A program made the position numbers and the translations under genes. 64,000 nt of DNA from Phoronis australis (lineage: Eukaryota; Animalia; Phoronida): the NCBI GenBank assembly GCA_002633005.1, contig NMRA01000116.1, positions 156,474-220,473 of the forward strand. Direction: 5' to 3'. Under the pieces are notes generated by a model that did no database searches, was not told where the DNA came from, and saw only the letters and a list, made by a program, of their open reading frames with translations. Positions 13,801 to 26,800 of the stretch are shown here, piece by piece. Positions within the stretch are counted from its first letter, which is position 1. Each line of letters opens with the position of its first letter.

Positions 13801-16800
13801 CACATATAAAGAAATACATAAATTGACAAAAACTTCAGTGCAAAAGCACAAAAATGTGACATCAGCTGTAAAAAAAATCAATTTACTGGCAGGGTCAAAT
13901 AACAAATTCATAATTTGAAAGATATCATGTGGCACCAACAGAATTAGGCGATATGCCAAATCAAATCGGATTTTTGAAATGAAATGTGTGATGACCTGTA
14001 TAACATTTACAGTTTACGTGGTGCGAGGAAGACCACAGCTTTACAACATCCATATTATTCTATAACCATAAACTAACGGGTTAACGCCCATGCCCGGGTA
14101 ATCCATCCCGACCTTTTGTCAATTTTCGGTTTATGCGCTCACTGCTTGGGTAATCGCCCATCCCTTACTTTGTGGTAATTTCCACGTAAAGCGCCCACCT
14201 CTCGGGTAATCGCCCATCCCCAACTCACCGCTTACAGAACTTGCGCTTGAACTTAATTTTGTGCTTTTGTTCACAGCTTTGCCGCAGGCTCAGACTTCCG
14301 TTTTTGCGGAAACATGGCGTGCTTATACCTGCATACATTTTTCTCGAAAAGTACGTTTTTCAGCCAGTGTTTGTTGAATAATTGAAGCGCTGCAAATAAC
14401 TTTTTTTAAACTTATCAACTGAATCTTTTGTTAAATTTATATAGGCTTACTACACAGATTTTTATAGAAGTGATGCTATTCTACTATGAGATTAGGCTTA
14501 CAAAGTCCTGGTAGTCACCGACGTAGGTTTGTCTAGGTGACAAGTTTTTGAATTACCTAGTCTATTTTTTGTATCAGCCACCACTTACAATGCTTTTTCG
14601 AGTTCAGTAGATCATGGTTTTTGAATGTTTGGCGAGAACAGATAAAACGTCAAAACATCACCATGCATTTACAGACGGAGCACTTCTTGATTTTGCTAGA
14701 TTTTTTCCTGGGTTGACCTAGGTTTGAATTGACTGATTAATCAAACCCCCCTCTCTTTGTAATTGCATGCATTGAGCACGTGATTTTGATAGATTTATTT
14801 CCTGGGTCAACCCAGATTTGAATTGAGCAACTGTTCACAACCCCCTCTCGTATTTGTTAACGGTTTGTGTCAACCAAGAACGATTCGTCCGTGTTTTTAA
14901 TCAAGGCCAGATAAACTAAACAGTGAATCTAAAGTTTATCTGGTTTAATACAACATTAAAGGCGAAGGCAACCTTTTCCATGTCATTTTGAGCTAAAATA
15001 AGGTTGGTTGGTTATCCTAGACATATTTTCCACTTAATTACACCTTTTTGTAATTTTATTAATTACTTGTCCGCTACTGCGGAAGTGACGTTTTAGGAGG
15101 CAAGCATTTCGCGCCAATTTCTTTTCATATAGTCTTACTGTGAAAGCTGCCGAGTCAGTCATTGTTCTACCTCGGTTGTGTTAAGTTCCGTCGTCGTTTG
15201 CTTTCATTTACTAGTCAGTCAACATGCCACACTGTTGCAGCGTACCGGAATGTAATAATTATCGGCTCATGCGCGCTTTGGGAGTACTTTTGCATTGCTT
15301 TCCGATGGATGACACACTTCGCCGTACTTGGCTCGTTCGTGTGAAGAACGCAGCGTTACCCGTCCACGCAACGTACAAAGCAGTGGAGAATTATCGTGTG
15401 TGTGGCAAGCACTTTCTGCCCTCCGGTTACGAAAGGGATTTTTACGCTGAACTGATGAAGGTCCCTGCGAAACAACGCCTGAAGAAGGATCCCATTCCGT
15501 CTGTGTTGATTCCCGGCATTGCCCCGTCGCCACCCCCGAGAAGTGCGTTTTTGAAGCGAGAAGCCTCGCGAGCTGTGGCCAGTACAGGGACTGGAGCCAG
15601 TGGAGGCACTTCATCTACTGTCACCCGTGCTTCCGAACGTACCCCAGAGCGTGCAATTCCTGGAACCAGTAGTGATTCGCCCCGTGCTGTTTTCTCCAGC
15701 CCAGAGCCTCTAAGCAGTCCTGCAGTGATATTGAGTAGTGGGAGTGATTACAGGCCCAGTTCGACACCCAGTGAAGAGGACAGTTTGTCGTTCAGAGAAC
15801 AGATCAGTGAGCCAAACTTTGATAAGTTTATTGTGGACTTGTCTATTTAGAAGGTGCCAGGTGTGTGGCGAGGGAGTCACACGACACGATGTAAGCAGTT
15901 TGGGTGCTCAGGTCACCATCCAGTGGGAGTGTGTCGCGGGACACTCTGGCAAGTGAGACAGTTGTTCCTCTGTCCGTGGTATGCCGAAGGTCCACTTAAC
16001 CATGTCCAGTAGTGACTTGGCCTCGTCGAACTCTGAACAGCACAAGCATTCCACTGAGGTAGGCATAACAACGCACAAAGTGCATTTGCACCAAGATGTG
16101 TCACCACGTCTGTCCTCAGTAGCCGCCTCGTTTCTCTCAACAGCTGCCTGTGCCTGTGCGTACTCTGCCTCGTTATACTTGGGCTCAAACATGTACCCAC
16201 CCACTGAATGTCCGAGAAAAAATTCCTCGTCACCACTGCTGTGAACAAGGTCTCCGTCACTCACACTACTGTCACTGTGATACGGATCACCGACTCCAGC
16301 CATTTTCAGCTTACAACACACTAAACAATCCCTAAATCCAACGTAGTTGAGTTCTCTACTAACCTGTCTTGCCGCAGAATACTCGCCGATGGAAAGTGGT
16401 GGCGACAATTGTTGAAAAACAGCACAAAAAAAAAGTAGAATAGAACAGATTCGCACGGTAAAGTCAACGCAAAACCAAGTGGCGGGAAACGCTTGCCTCC
16501 TAAAACGTCACTTCTGGAGTAGCGGGCGAGTAATTAATAAAATTACAAAAAGCTGTAATTAAGTGGAAAATATGTCTAGGATAACCAACCCACCTTATTT
16601 TAGCTCAAAATGACATGGAAAAAGGTTGCCTTCGCCTTTAACAACAATGAGATGGCACCAGAAGGGTTCCAACCAAACACAGTCGTATCACTGATCTAAA
16701 ACAGTACTTGCTGATACGGTAAGTGGACTGCCATTCGAGTTTCATAAAAGCCCGTGGTATGAAATTTTGCAGCACACTAATATATTTGAAGACATCGCAG

Positions 16801-19800
16801 TTATTTAGCAACATTCTCGCGAAATCATCCTTTCAAAGTCGAAATCCTGTTTCTATTTGAGCGGTGAGAAACTTTGTGGTTGTCGGGTCAAGCTGTTTGA
16901 CCAAAGTTACAAGCTCCGTGCTCGAATGAACATCCAGTTCAGCTAAAACTTGGACGTAAGTGCCCACTGTTTGGGTAATTGCCCACCCCCTCACTTTTTG
17001 CCAATTCTTCGGTTTAAGCGCCTACTGCTTGGGTATTCGCCCACCCCTTTATCTTAGGGTATCCCAATTTAAGTGCCCAGGGGAGTTAACCCGCGAGTTT
17101 ATGGTGAAATTAAGAAATAGCTTCAGGACCTTGATCAAATTCATCTTTCGTCGTAACTCTGAATGAAGTGAAGTGAATAGCGTGATGTGCAACTTTTCTC
17201 GGCAAAAATGTTGCCCAAATTAGATCAAAGAGTATCTTCATGCACCTCACCCTCGCTCAGCCAGCGTGGATTCAGCGAGGACAAAAGGTTCCAGAATTTA
17301 GGTTTTAGATGATTCAAAGATCACCATCAATGTACAACGTCTACATTGAATAGCTAGTTACATCTGCACAATACACAATTTTTATCATCAAATTTGGCCG
17401 CAAATTTGTCTGCTGACAAAATGAAACTTAAAAGAGTCCCTAAAAGCAGTGCGCTTTGATTTTCTGACTCAACTGTCATTTAAACGGTGATTGAGGCTTA
17501 TGGTATCTGACCTGTGTCCATTTTTACAAATACAGTCAGTGTTTTGATAGAGTTGGCTAAAAATATTTCAACCATTACATAGAATTATGAAGCTGCCACA
17601 AACCTGCTGTGAACAAAAACTCTTTTGATCTACACCACTGAACATAACTGCCATGTTGGTACTGTAATGGAATGTCAACTATGGTGCTAGAACAGCTTAA
17701 ATGCAAATTCATATGCAATGTACTATTTGTGGTATGAGTCATAGACCGGCTGCAGTATCAGAGGCAATGGCCCATTCTTAAAACCTGGCCAAAGAAAAGT
17801 GACCAGTGACTCCATCTGACCATTACCTCAAATTGGTTGAGCTCTCCAAGTTTGGTCAGTTCTGGACACTCCGGTGGTGGAAGAGTCTTTTTTTGGAATT
17901 CAGTTTTGAACTCACCACAAGTGGTCAAAAGGTCAGTTCTGAGGGAGTCGATGTCAGCCTTAATTAGTCCATAAGTCGATGTTAAGCTTGTTACGAGTAA
18001 CTGAAGGTCGAAAAGGGAGTAGTTCACAAATTCAACCTCTGAAACAATGCAATGATATTACATCATGGAATGGGTGCAATTCACTGCACTTAGGTGGGTC
18101 TGCATAATTCAAAGGTGTAGCAGACACACTGCGTCCGTGTAACAATTACGTGTGAATTGATTAGTTTAAAATTCCTCAATGTAATGTTGCATTCTATAGG
18201 AGTCGGACATGCTTTCTGTTTTTAAATGAGTGACTGTGTCAACAAGAGCAATGCAAAATTAGCATTGAAATATCTCGATTGTAACGCAAACAGTATAACG
18301 CTTCTATAGAGAAATTAGTTTCATGTGACTGGAAATATGTCATGCCATTTTCACAGTAATCAACAAATGGGCCCACAATTGCATTGTAAACGATATACTT
18401 TTATTGGCGTTTATTAGCACCAAGTGAATATTAAAATTGTGAAGCTATTTAGTCAAATTAGCAGACAACAAACTTCTTGTTGAAAACTAAAAGCAGTCTA
18501 CAGGGGCAATTGAATCTGCCAGAAATCAAAAGTTGTTGTCGCATTCTCACCATGTAGTTATAATAAAAAATTATTAATATAATAATGGCCAACAGGGTAC
18601 TCAAATCCATTAACAAAACAAATCGACAGGTGAAGAGGTATTTATCCCCACCAGATAACTCTGCGCCAAATTTCAACAAATATCAGTTGAAGCAGTTCTA
18701 AAGGGGACCACTGGGGGAGGGGGTAACACTGGATGGCAGAAGACTGCCGAATGGATACATGAGATGCTGATTACAAAATTTTGTAGGAACAAGAAAACCA
18801 AACAGCTTTCCAAAAACAGAAATGGGCAACAGGGAGTGTTAACGTGGTAGTCCAACATGTCCAGTAATGAACTGGTGCCCACACGTCCCAGCCAAAAAGC
18901 TTTGCATCAAGTTTCATTGAAATCTGCAAGCTATATTGATAATAATCAATAGGCAAGAAACATCTCGTTGAAAGAACTTTCCACAGCTGCAGTCAAATTA
19001 ATTCACAAATCATTTTGTGACCGTGTGCACCAATCATACATCTTTTTGCAAAGTTCCATCAAAATCAGGCAAGCCGCTTCAACGATAATTGACAGACAAA
19101 AGAAAATCCTCCTGATAACTAAAATGGCCAACAGGGGCTGCTGCTGCAATCAAATTTAAGCGAAAATCAACTGGTGTGGACAAATCCCCTCGAGACATCT
19201 CAGCGTCAAGCCTCGTCAAAATCTGTCAAGATGTTTGGCCATAATTGACGAAAACTCAATTTATGATCGACATATGCCCCGAATAATGGATACGTGAGTC
19301 GCAAGCCTGTTACCAGAGATGAAAAGGAGACCGAGGTAGGCGATACATGGTCATTAATTATGACGAATAGCATTACAAGTAAATATAGTGAATACAGATA
19401 ATAAAATAAAAAATAATAATCTCTGGTAAGATGGGCAATAAAAAAGCGCCACAAGAGATGTTGTAAGACAGCTCATGCCCGTCCGCAGGGTCAGTATAAA
19501 GTCGATTATAACAGGGTGCCACTTAGTTTAATCTGTCGAAAAATTTGAGTGGTACCATTGCATCACCGGCATCAAACCTTGCTTCAAGTTTTATCAAAAT
19601 CTATCACAATAATTGGACAAAAAATTTGTTGAAACTAAAAATGCCAATAGAAGTGCCAGGGTAGCTGACTACATTTGAAAAGAAACTGAAGCCAGCACAG
19701 TTCCACTACATAACTCCACATCAAGCTTCAGGAAAAATTCATTATGAGATTCCCAAAATCTGATGGACCAGGCAGTCCAATCTGACCAAAATTGATTGGC

Positions 19801-20792
19801 GTTGGCACATTCTTAACAAAATTTATTAAGTCGTTTTGCAAAAAAATGATGACAAAATTGTACTCTCAGTCCTTTCATTCACCGAGTCACCATAATATTC
19901 AGCCAATGAGGTGTACATAGCATAGACAGATGTTGTGGAAGACGACCACAAAGATCAAATGCACTGAATCCGAATAGCTGACCTGCCTCTGTGACTTAGA
20001 GTTCATTAACACAGCAAGTTGTTAAAAAAGTGAAAATTAATCCTCCCTGAAATTCATTAATTTTTTTCAGTAATTTGGCATCTCGTTGTTTCAATCTCAT
20101 GCTCATAGCGTGCTTTAACCACCGACTCGATTTCTATTGTCCATTTCGTAATTGGTTTCTTGATATCATTCTCCCCGATGCGTGGTGTGTATACCATGAA
20201 TTGCTGGCCTACTCACTGCTGACCTCTGCCTTCTGACCTAATTAACACGATGTAGATAAAACCCCAAGCACAAAATTAAAATGTTTTAGTCATAATTGAC
20301 TTATTTATGCACTGCCAATCCAGTTGATATTGAGTGAATGTTGAAATAGGGAAAACGACTAAGGCATGTATTGGTTATATTGACTGAAAACAAGATTTTA
20401 CCGAATAATTAACCACAACTTAATCGGCTTTTACTCGTCTTCAGCAAAATCAACTTAATTTGAACTCTGGAACATGAGCCCTCTAAAAAGGCTAGGTAGA
20501 TTTAGCTGAAACGTTCCAAACTTAATATTTATTCATCAATCTCAAAAACGCTTTTAGGATTTCTGATATAAAGGCCTAGTTTTTGCATAATGTAACAAAG
20601 ACAAATACGATTGCTATTTTAAACAAAAAATACCTTATGTTTGGTGAGTTAATTTGTCTAAGAAACCACACTAAAAAATTCCTAACAGTGTTTTTTGAGG
20701 TAACTAGTGAAGTTTTCATTTAAAAAGGTTATTTTGCTACGAAATCAATGTACCTTTCTTCAAATTATGACTTAAAAAGGAGTTTTGTAACA

Positions 20793-20843
<51 letters not shown>

Positions 20844-23800
20844 GCACATAAATATAAAACATATTTTTATAATCCTTGGTCTTTTTCCTTTAGAAGAATT
20901 GCACTCATTAAACTAAATATATTTATGTAAGCATATAGAACCATCTTACTCATTTTCCACCTTATTTCAGACTAGTCCACTAATTCATTAGTGCAGGACT
21001 ACAAGTGGCTTTCCCAGCCTTCTTATTGGACTATTGTTATCACATGCCTTGAGTTTGGTCAGCTCTTGGCTCTCATAGGTTATCACATGTCCTTAGGTAT
21101 TCTCTTTGTTATCAAGTCTGGTGTTTCAGCTCATCTTTTACATAGCCACAATGACATACTTCAGAAAACTTACTAGAAAATTTTCCCACCCCCTACCAAC
21201 CCCCATTTCGGCATTTTCTCCTACCTCCATGTGGCCAGCACTTTTTATTGCCCATCTTACAAGAGATTATCATTTTTATTTTACTTAATATTTTGTATCC
21301 TCTATCTATTACTTGTAAGTATATTTGTCATAATAAATGACCTAATTATACTGCCTACCTCGGTCTCCCTTTATCTCTGGTAACGACCTTGTGAAGCATG
21401 TATAAATTATTATAATTATTCGGCATATATGTCAATTGTAGATAATTTTCCAAGTTGACAAAGACTTCAATCTTTTAATATACGAGTTAGAATGGAGGCC
21501 ACTAAATAGGTTTGAGATAAGCGCAATAAGTTTCAATTATAATACACTATATCATAAGCAAAAGACCAATCATGTTTTTACAAAGAAACAGTCTTCAACA
21601 AAGAAAGCATGACACGCCATAGACTAGAGTGTTGTGATTTTAATGCAACCCGGCATTGAAAAATTCTGCTTATTATATACTTACTTTCATCCAGAGTGGT
21701 AATGACTTGTTCTATCTGCAGAAGACTGTTCTCTCTGAGGATTTTCTGAGCAACAGCCATGCCCAAGATACTGTCAACATCTGGAAGTAGAAACAAACAC
21801 AATCTTATGTTGAAACACATATCGCAAGTGTTCTGTAAATTATGGTACTTGAGGATTTCTGCAGGCTGTTGAATGTATAAAGCTATCATTGATATTAAAT
21901 CAAACTGGATAGCATTACATTCGGTCAACCATAAGTTTGACTTTCAAATGAAACTGGAAAAAAAGCATCTATGAACCTACGGTACTTCCAAGATTCTAGT
22001 AAACTTTGGATTTAGACCACTGAGCGTTTTGAAGTTTGTCTCAGCTTAACCTTGATCAGATGAGAAGTGATGCCTGGGTTTGCAAACAACTGACATTTTG
22101 TTATTCCTTGAGACCACGCTAGGAGCATACAATAAGATGCAGTGACCATTGGCAACATGTAGCGCTGCGTCTCATCAGCATTACTTAGTGAACACATAGT
22201 TCTTTTGAAGCCTTGACATCACTTATAAATTGACAGGAAACATTTGAGATAGAAAATTGATCTATACAAAATATCAGGTTTGCCAAGGAAAGCTAGTTTA
22301 AAGTATAAAATGCAATAAAATCATCAATTCCATCAAAAACACCTCAGTCAATCAGTTGTCAAATTAGAATACCCACAAACACTAGCTGATGATGTGTTAA
22401 TTAGCTGATCTCCAGTTAAGAGCAGTTATCAGTCAATACATGCTACGCAGAATCGGGCCAACTAACCACAGCATTAGTTATCTATTGTGTTTAGCGTGAA
22501 AAGTTGTCAAATATTATTGCTGGTATTCTGTGGTTTATGAAATAATAATGAATGGCAAGGAGTTGTGCCTGTGGTGGTTGAGACAACTCACTACTTGAGC
22601 TTGCTATGGCTACTTTCACTTTGCTGAGGGACATCAAACAAGTGCAGATATGGTACAAGAAACTCGCGTGTTGGTGGACATGTCACACTGATGCTGGGTG
22701 TGGAGCTGAGTAACTTTTAATCAAAGCTCAAGCTTTTCTTCAGTTTGCTCACTTTTGAGATATTGCATTGGTGGTTGTGATATGTAATGCTATAAAGGAA
22801 GATTTTACAATGCTGACAAGGTATTCACTTGTCAAAACAAGGTAAATGGTAGTTTTAAGCAATCTAAAGTTGCTTTAATACCAATTGCAATCCATTCAAC
22901 ATACAAGCCAAGTTTGATTTAAAATGTGCTACACCGAGAACTGACAGAAAAATTGCACTCTGGGATGGTTAAGATATACATGTATGAATCTAGTTCAATT
23001 TTTGGCCCCTCCCAAGGTTTCCCCAGGTACCACACCTAGACAGCAGACACTGCCAGAAAGCCACTTGTGTCTATTTTTTAATAGACTCAAAGGGCTGTGG
23101 TCAGATGTTCCTACATCGTAGTACAGTTCTACTTAGTGCTCTGGCTGCAGAGCTACCGGTAAGTGTATGACAAATCCATTCAAGTTTTTTTAAAATGTTT
23201 CAAGGTAATAAACATCCTCCAAAAATGTTTCAAAACCAAAGAAGTACTAGAGCACTTACTTTTGAGGTCTCTCTCAATCACCGCCGAACCAAATTTCAGT
23301 GTTCCAAGACCAACATCAACAAGTTGCTTAAATTATTAAGGATATCATTGTAATTAGTTAACAAAATATCACTACATTATAACTAATCACCAACAATGCA
23401 GCTGTTAGATAATGAACATTCTAAGTCACAAAAATAAGGTGGACAAGGCCAGGTAAAGTTGAGTTATCACCTACTATGCATTGGTTTACATGACAGTGCT
23501 CGTTTAAGAAATGCCAAACCAGGCTATGGTAAAATCTCATTGATCTTTGAGAAAAACAATAGGGCTGTCCTGAATTACACGGGGATTCATTACATGTGTT
23601 GGAAATGTTTAATCTCTTTGAGCTTCACGACGGAAAGTACCTGGAAGTACATTACTGACCTCACATGTGAATATCTTCGATTCAGCTAACCAGAACAATC
23701 ACTGTAAACGTTCGGGTTAACGCCCTGGGCGGTTAAATTGGCAAACCAAAAAAATCGGGGCTGGGCGGTTAACCAGAAATGGGCGCTTAAACGTGAAATT

Positions 23801-26800
23801 TCAAGAAATCCATACTTGGAACGCGTAGCACTTTTCAAAGAGCTTTATCGTCACGTCGCCAAATGACAGTAAAAGCTTCATAACAGCGGATGATCCCATC
23901 ATCTGTATCTAAAAGTCGGGAATCGCGCGTTTCCTAACGCTGGGCGCTAAATCTTCAATCTTAAAAAGTTGGGGATGGGCACTTAACCGGGAGGTGGGCG
24001 CTTAACTGGAAATCTTCAAAATCGCAGAGGGGCGGTTAACCGACCAGTGAGCGGTTAAATCGAAAATCCTCCTAAAGTAGGGGGTGGGCAACATAATTGG
24101 GTTTCTTATTTTCCAGCCAGAGACCTTGGACAGGAGCTTATAAAGAAAAAGAAGGAACGATAAATTAAACAATTGGAGACTGAAGTACTGTTGCTTAACG
24201 GAAATCATTCTTCAAAATATCTACGTCATTACACCTTATAATGTGATTGTAGCTGTACAAAAGTTTACCTCATTACCTGACATGTCTTAGTCGTTAACAT
24301 GGGTGGCGCAGCACTGAAATAAGTGAGGGGGGGGCTATAGCCCCAACCCCCTTTGATACAATGCCCATGAATAAAAAAGTGATTGCAAAATTCAAAATAA
24401 TCTACTTGGTCCCATCTGACTGGACTTTTCTCAACTTTTTGGCACAGAAGAAGACTTTGGCAGCGAATGTAAAGAGACTCAGGCGGCAAATGAAAGTACT
24501 TGGGAGCCAGTGCCAACCACCACCATCAACACAGTGTGCCAGTTTATCAATTCATGTTGTGGACAGATTCATCAAATTAATGAATTGTGACAAGTCTGTA
24601 TAAGTGTGGACCCTCATAGAGTTCTGCAGAGGCCTTGAAAGGCTATACAACGGGTGTTTAAGTATTTGGTGTTGCACTTGAATTGCGCTTTGATTTCAGG
24701 CAGCCAATATTTTGCTGCTACACCTCTTACATCTAAATTCCATCTCCAACATTTGCTGTTCTAACCTGGATATAAGATCCTCATTCGTCCTTTAACTTAT
24801 GACATCTATTTTAATGTATTAAGAGAAGCTCACAGTGACATCTGTTTTATTAGTTTATGTAGGAGTCTGAGCTTGTATCTGTTACAAAATACAACTAAGC
24901 AATCTACAGTTAGTCAGCATTTAAGAGATTCTACAAAATGTCTAACGCTCCTCTGCATTTGAATGACGAAACAAAGGTCAAACAGACATCTGAGACACAA
25001 TTTTTCTTTTTTCTCTGACTATTTAATGATGTATGATAATAATCCTTGAGCAAATTTACATTAAAAAAGGTTTCACATTCCTTTAGTTATCTACAATTGA
25101 TCTTACTCTTGCATGCCAGGTTGTTGAATGAAGATTGTAAACTGTTCTCATCTCTTGAATAGCATCTTCTTTTTTCAAATAATAATGAATTGTCGATCTT
25201 TCACAATACTCAACAGCTGCACACACATGCGCACACAGACCACACACACATTCAGGTCACTTTTGGGTAACTTTCTCAGCTTCAAGTAACTGACCTGGTG
25301 TAGGCTAGCGAATGCTATCTGGCTTAAAAGTTACCTACATCGGGGTCTTGTTTGGGAGGACAAATAGAGTAATGCCACCAAAAAAACTCGCAAAGAATCA
25401 GACAACAACAACAAAGAAAATGTAGACTCCAATGGCACAAAAACGAGACAGCAAATATGTCTGACGAATGCTTATGGGATTGAGGGTAAATACAGTGAAA
25501 TTCAAGTGTATAATCCGGGATGCCCTATTACCAAAACTGTCCACCATTTTCAAAGGGCTTCTGACAGTGTTGAAAAGGCCCACAATCTTTCAAAACTTCA
25601 TTTTAGTTGTTCGCTGGCAGCTGTGGAATAATACTTGAACTTGGAATATCATTTAATTTGTGATAAAGTGTTCTATGAAAAAATGATAAAACAAAATTTG
25701 ACTCGTCAGCCACATTGTGTCCTAAATTGATCAAATTTTACTGTGGTTTGGCGAAAATCCTACAAGTATGTTTACTTAATTATCATGCACGCCAACACAA
25801 ACATAAATGAATTCCTGTGCTGGTACAAAAATGACTTATTGTTGCAAAGATTACTGAGAGAGTGTAGGCAAGACCTTACCTTAGCAGAGCCATTAATGAA
25901 AGTGCCTGCATCATCCAAGCCATGAGAGGCTGTCATCAAGAACTCTCTGAACACAGGGATAACTTCACCAAGTGACACATACGAGCAAATGGCACCTCCA
26001 CTGTGCAGAAGAAAATACACAAACTTGAGGAATTGTTCGTGGTTAACATTATTTTGATACAACTTTAAAGTTAAATTTCGTTATCCTACTCAGACTGGCT
26101 GTCCTGCTTTGATTTGGAAGAACAGTAATTGAGGAATTTAATGGTGCAAACAATACTAAGTGGAATCTATTCTGCCTCAGGAGCGAAACAATAGTAAAGA
26201 TGGTGACAAAGTCAGAATTAGAAGAATAGCAAAGCATATATTGAGTACATAACTATGAACAACTGGCTTTAATGGAATGCTATCCTATCAAGGGACACAC
26301 AGGCAGCACTGTAAATTTAATTCAGATTATCTGCCCACAGAAGAGGGCTTCTCTAAACGGATGCATGAAAACCTAGAACGGGCTAAAATTCATGAAAGTA
26401 CGATCGACTTGCAGAATGATGATATGCGTTGCACTAGGTCACATCCTTATAAGCATACTTTTTGAAAGTTTGGTCAAAATCCCCTAAAGAACGTGCAGAA
26501 AAGCATTTAATTCCCTACTGTATGGATATACAAAAATCAAGGGGAGAAAATATGGTTGATGATACATTGCACAGGTCACGGTATGTTGTCCAAACAGGCG
26601 GCAACTGCAACATGTACGATGGTCTAGCTGACTCCGACCACATAAGTAAGAGACTGTGCTAGGAGTCATTAGCCTGGTGTCCACTTGTGTTGAGACAACA
26701 GCAGCAAATAATCAACACATGCTGAGGCACGTTTTCTACATTCCTGGCAATGCTATAAACCAAAATTTAACTATTAGTCAAATTAATTAGAAAACACTAG

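Larger units (their letters stand above)
14960..16637 (+). mobile_element. Kolobok-like DNA transposon, internally deleted (1678 bp), TTAA target duplication, about 157-bp TIRs
   Basis: TTAA at 14956-14959 and 16638-16641. Termini are AGGCGAAGGCAACC..GGTTGCCTTCGCCT. Near-perfect inverted repeats at 14960-~15116 and ~16479-16637. Convergent THAP-transposase and KolX-like ORF remnants lie inside. Confidence 0.88.
14066..17104. mobile_element. Tc1/mariner (Tc2-like) non-autonomous element hosting the Kolobok insertion
   Basis: Inverted ends CCATAAACTAACGGGTTAACGCCC / GGGAGTTAACCCGCGAGTTTATGG, plus repeated subterminal TAAxCGCCCA(T/C)CCC motifs as in the 36124 family. Confidence 0.65.

Noticed and set aside
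15224-15850. Host THAP gene or P element
   Set aside because: It is enclosed by TIRs with a TTAA TSD and paired with a KolX-like ORF, so it is Kolobok-like. P elements have 8-bp TSDs.
15267-16335. Overlapping antisense/alternative-frame ORFs in the Kolobok element
   Set aside because: Shadows of the GC-rich THAP and KolX frames. Only 15738-15956 and the start of 15981 are meaningful, as the frameshifted transposase continuation.
20748-20930. Poly-Ile ORF
   Set aside because: It is a translation of the (TAA)n microsatellite.
25107-25216. Candidate extra prominin exon (open frame with AG/GT)
   Set aside because: Phase 1-to-0 does not fit between the phase-0 donor at 25880 and the phase-0 acceptor at 23326, and the peptide is not prominin-like.
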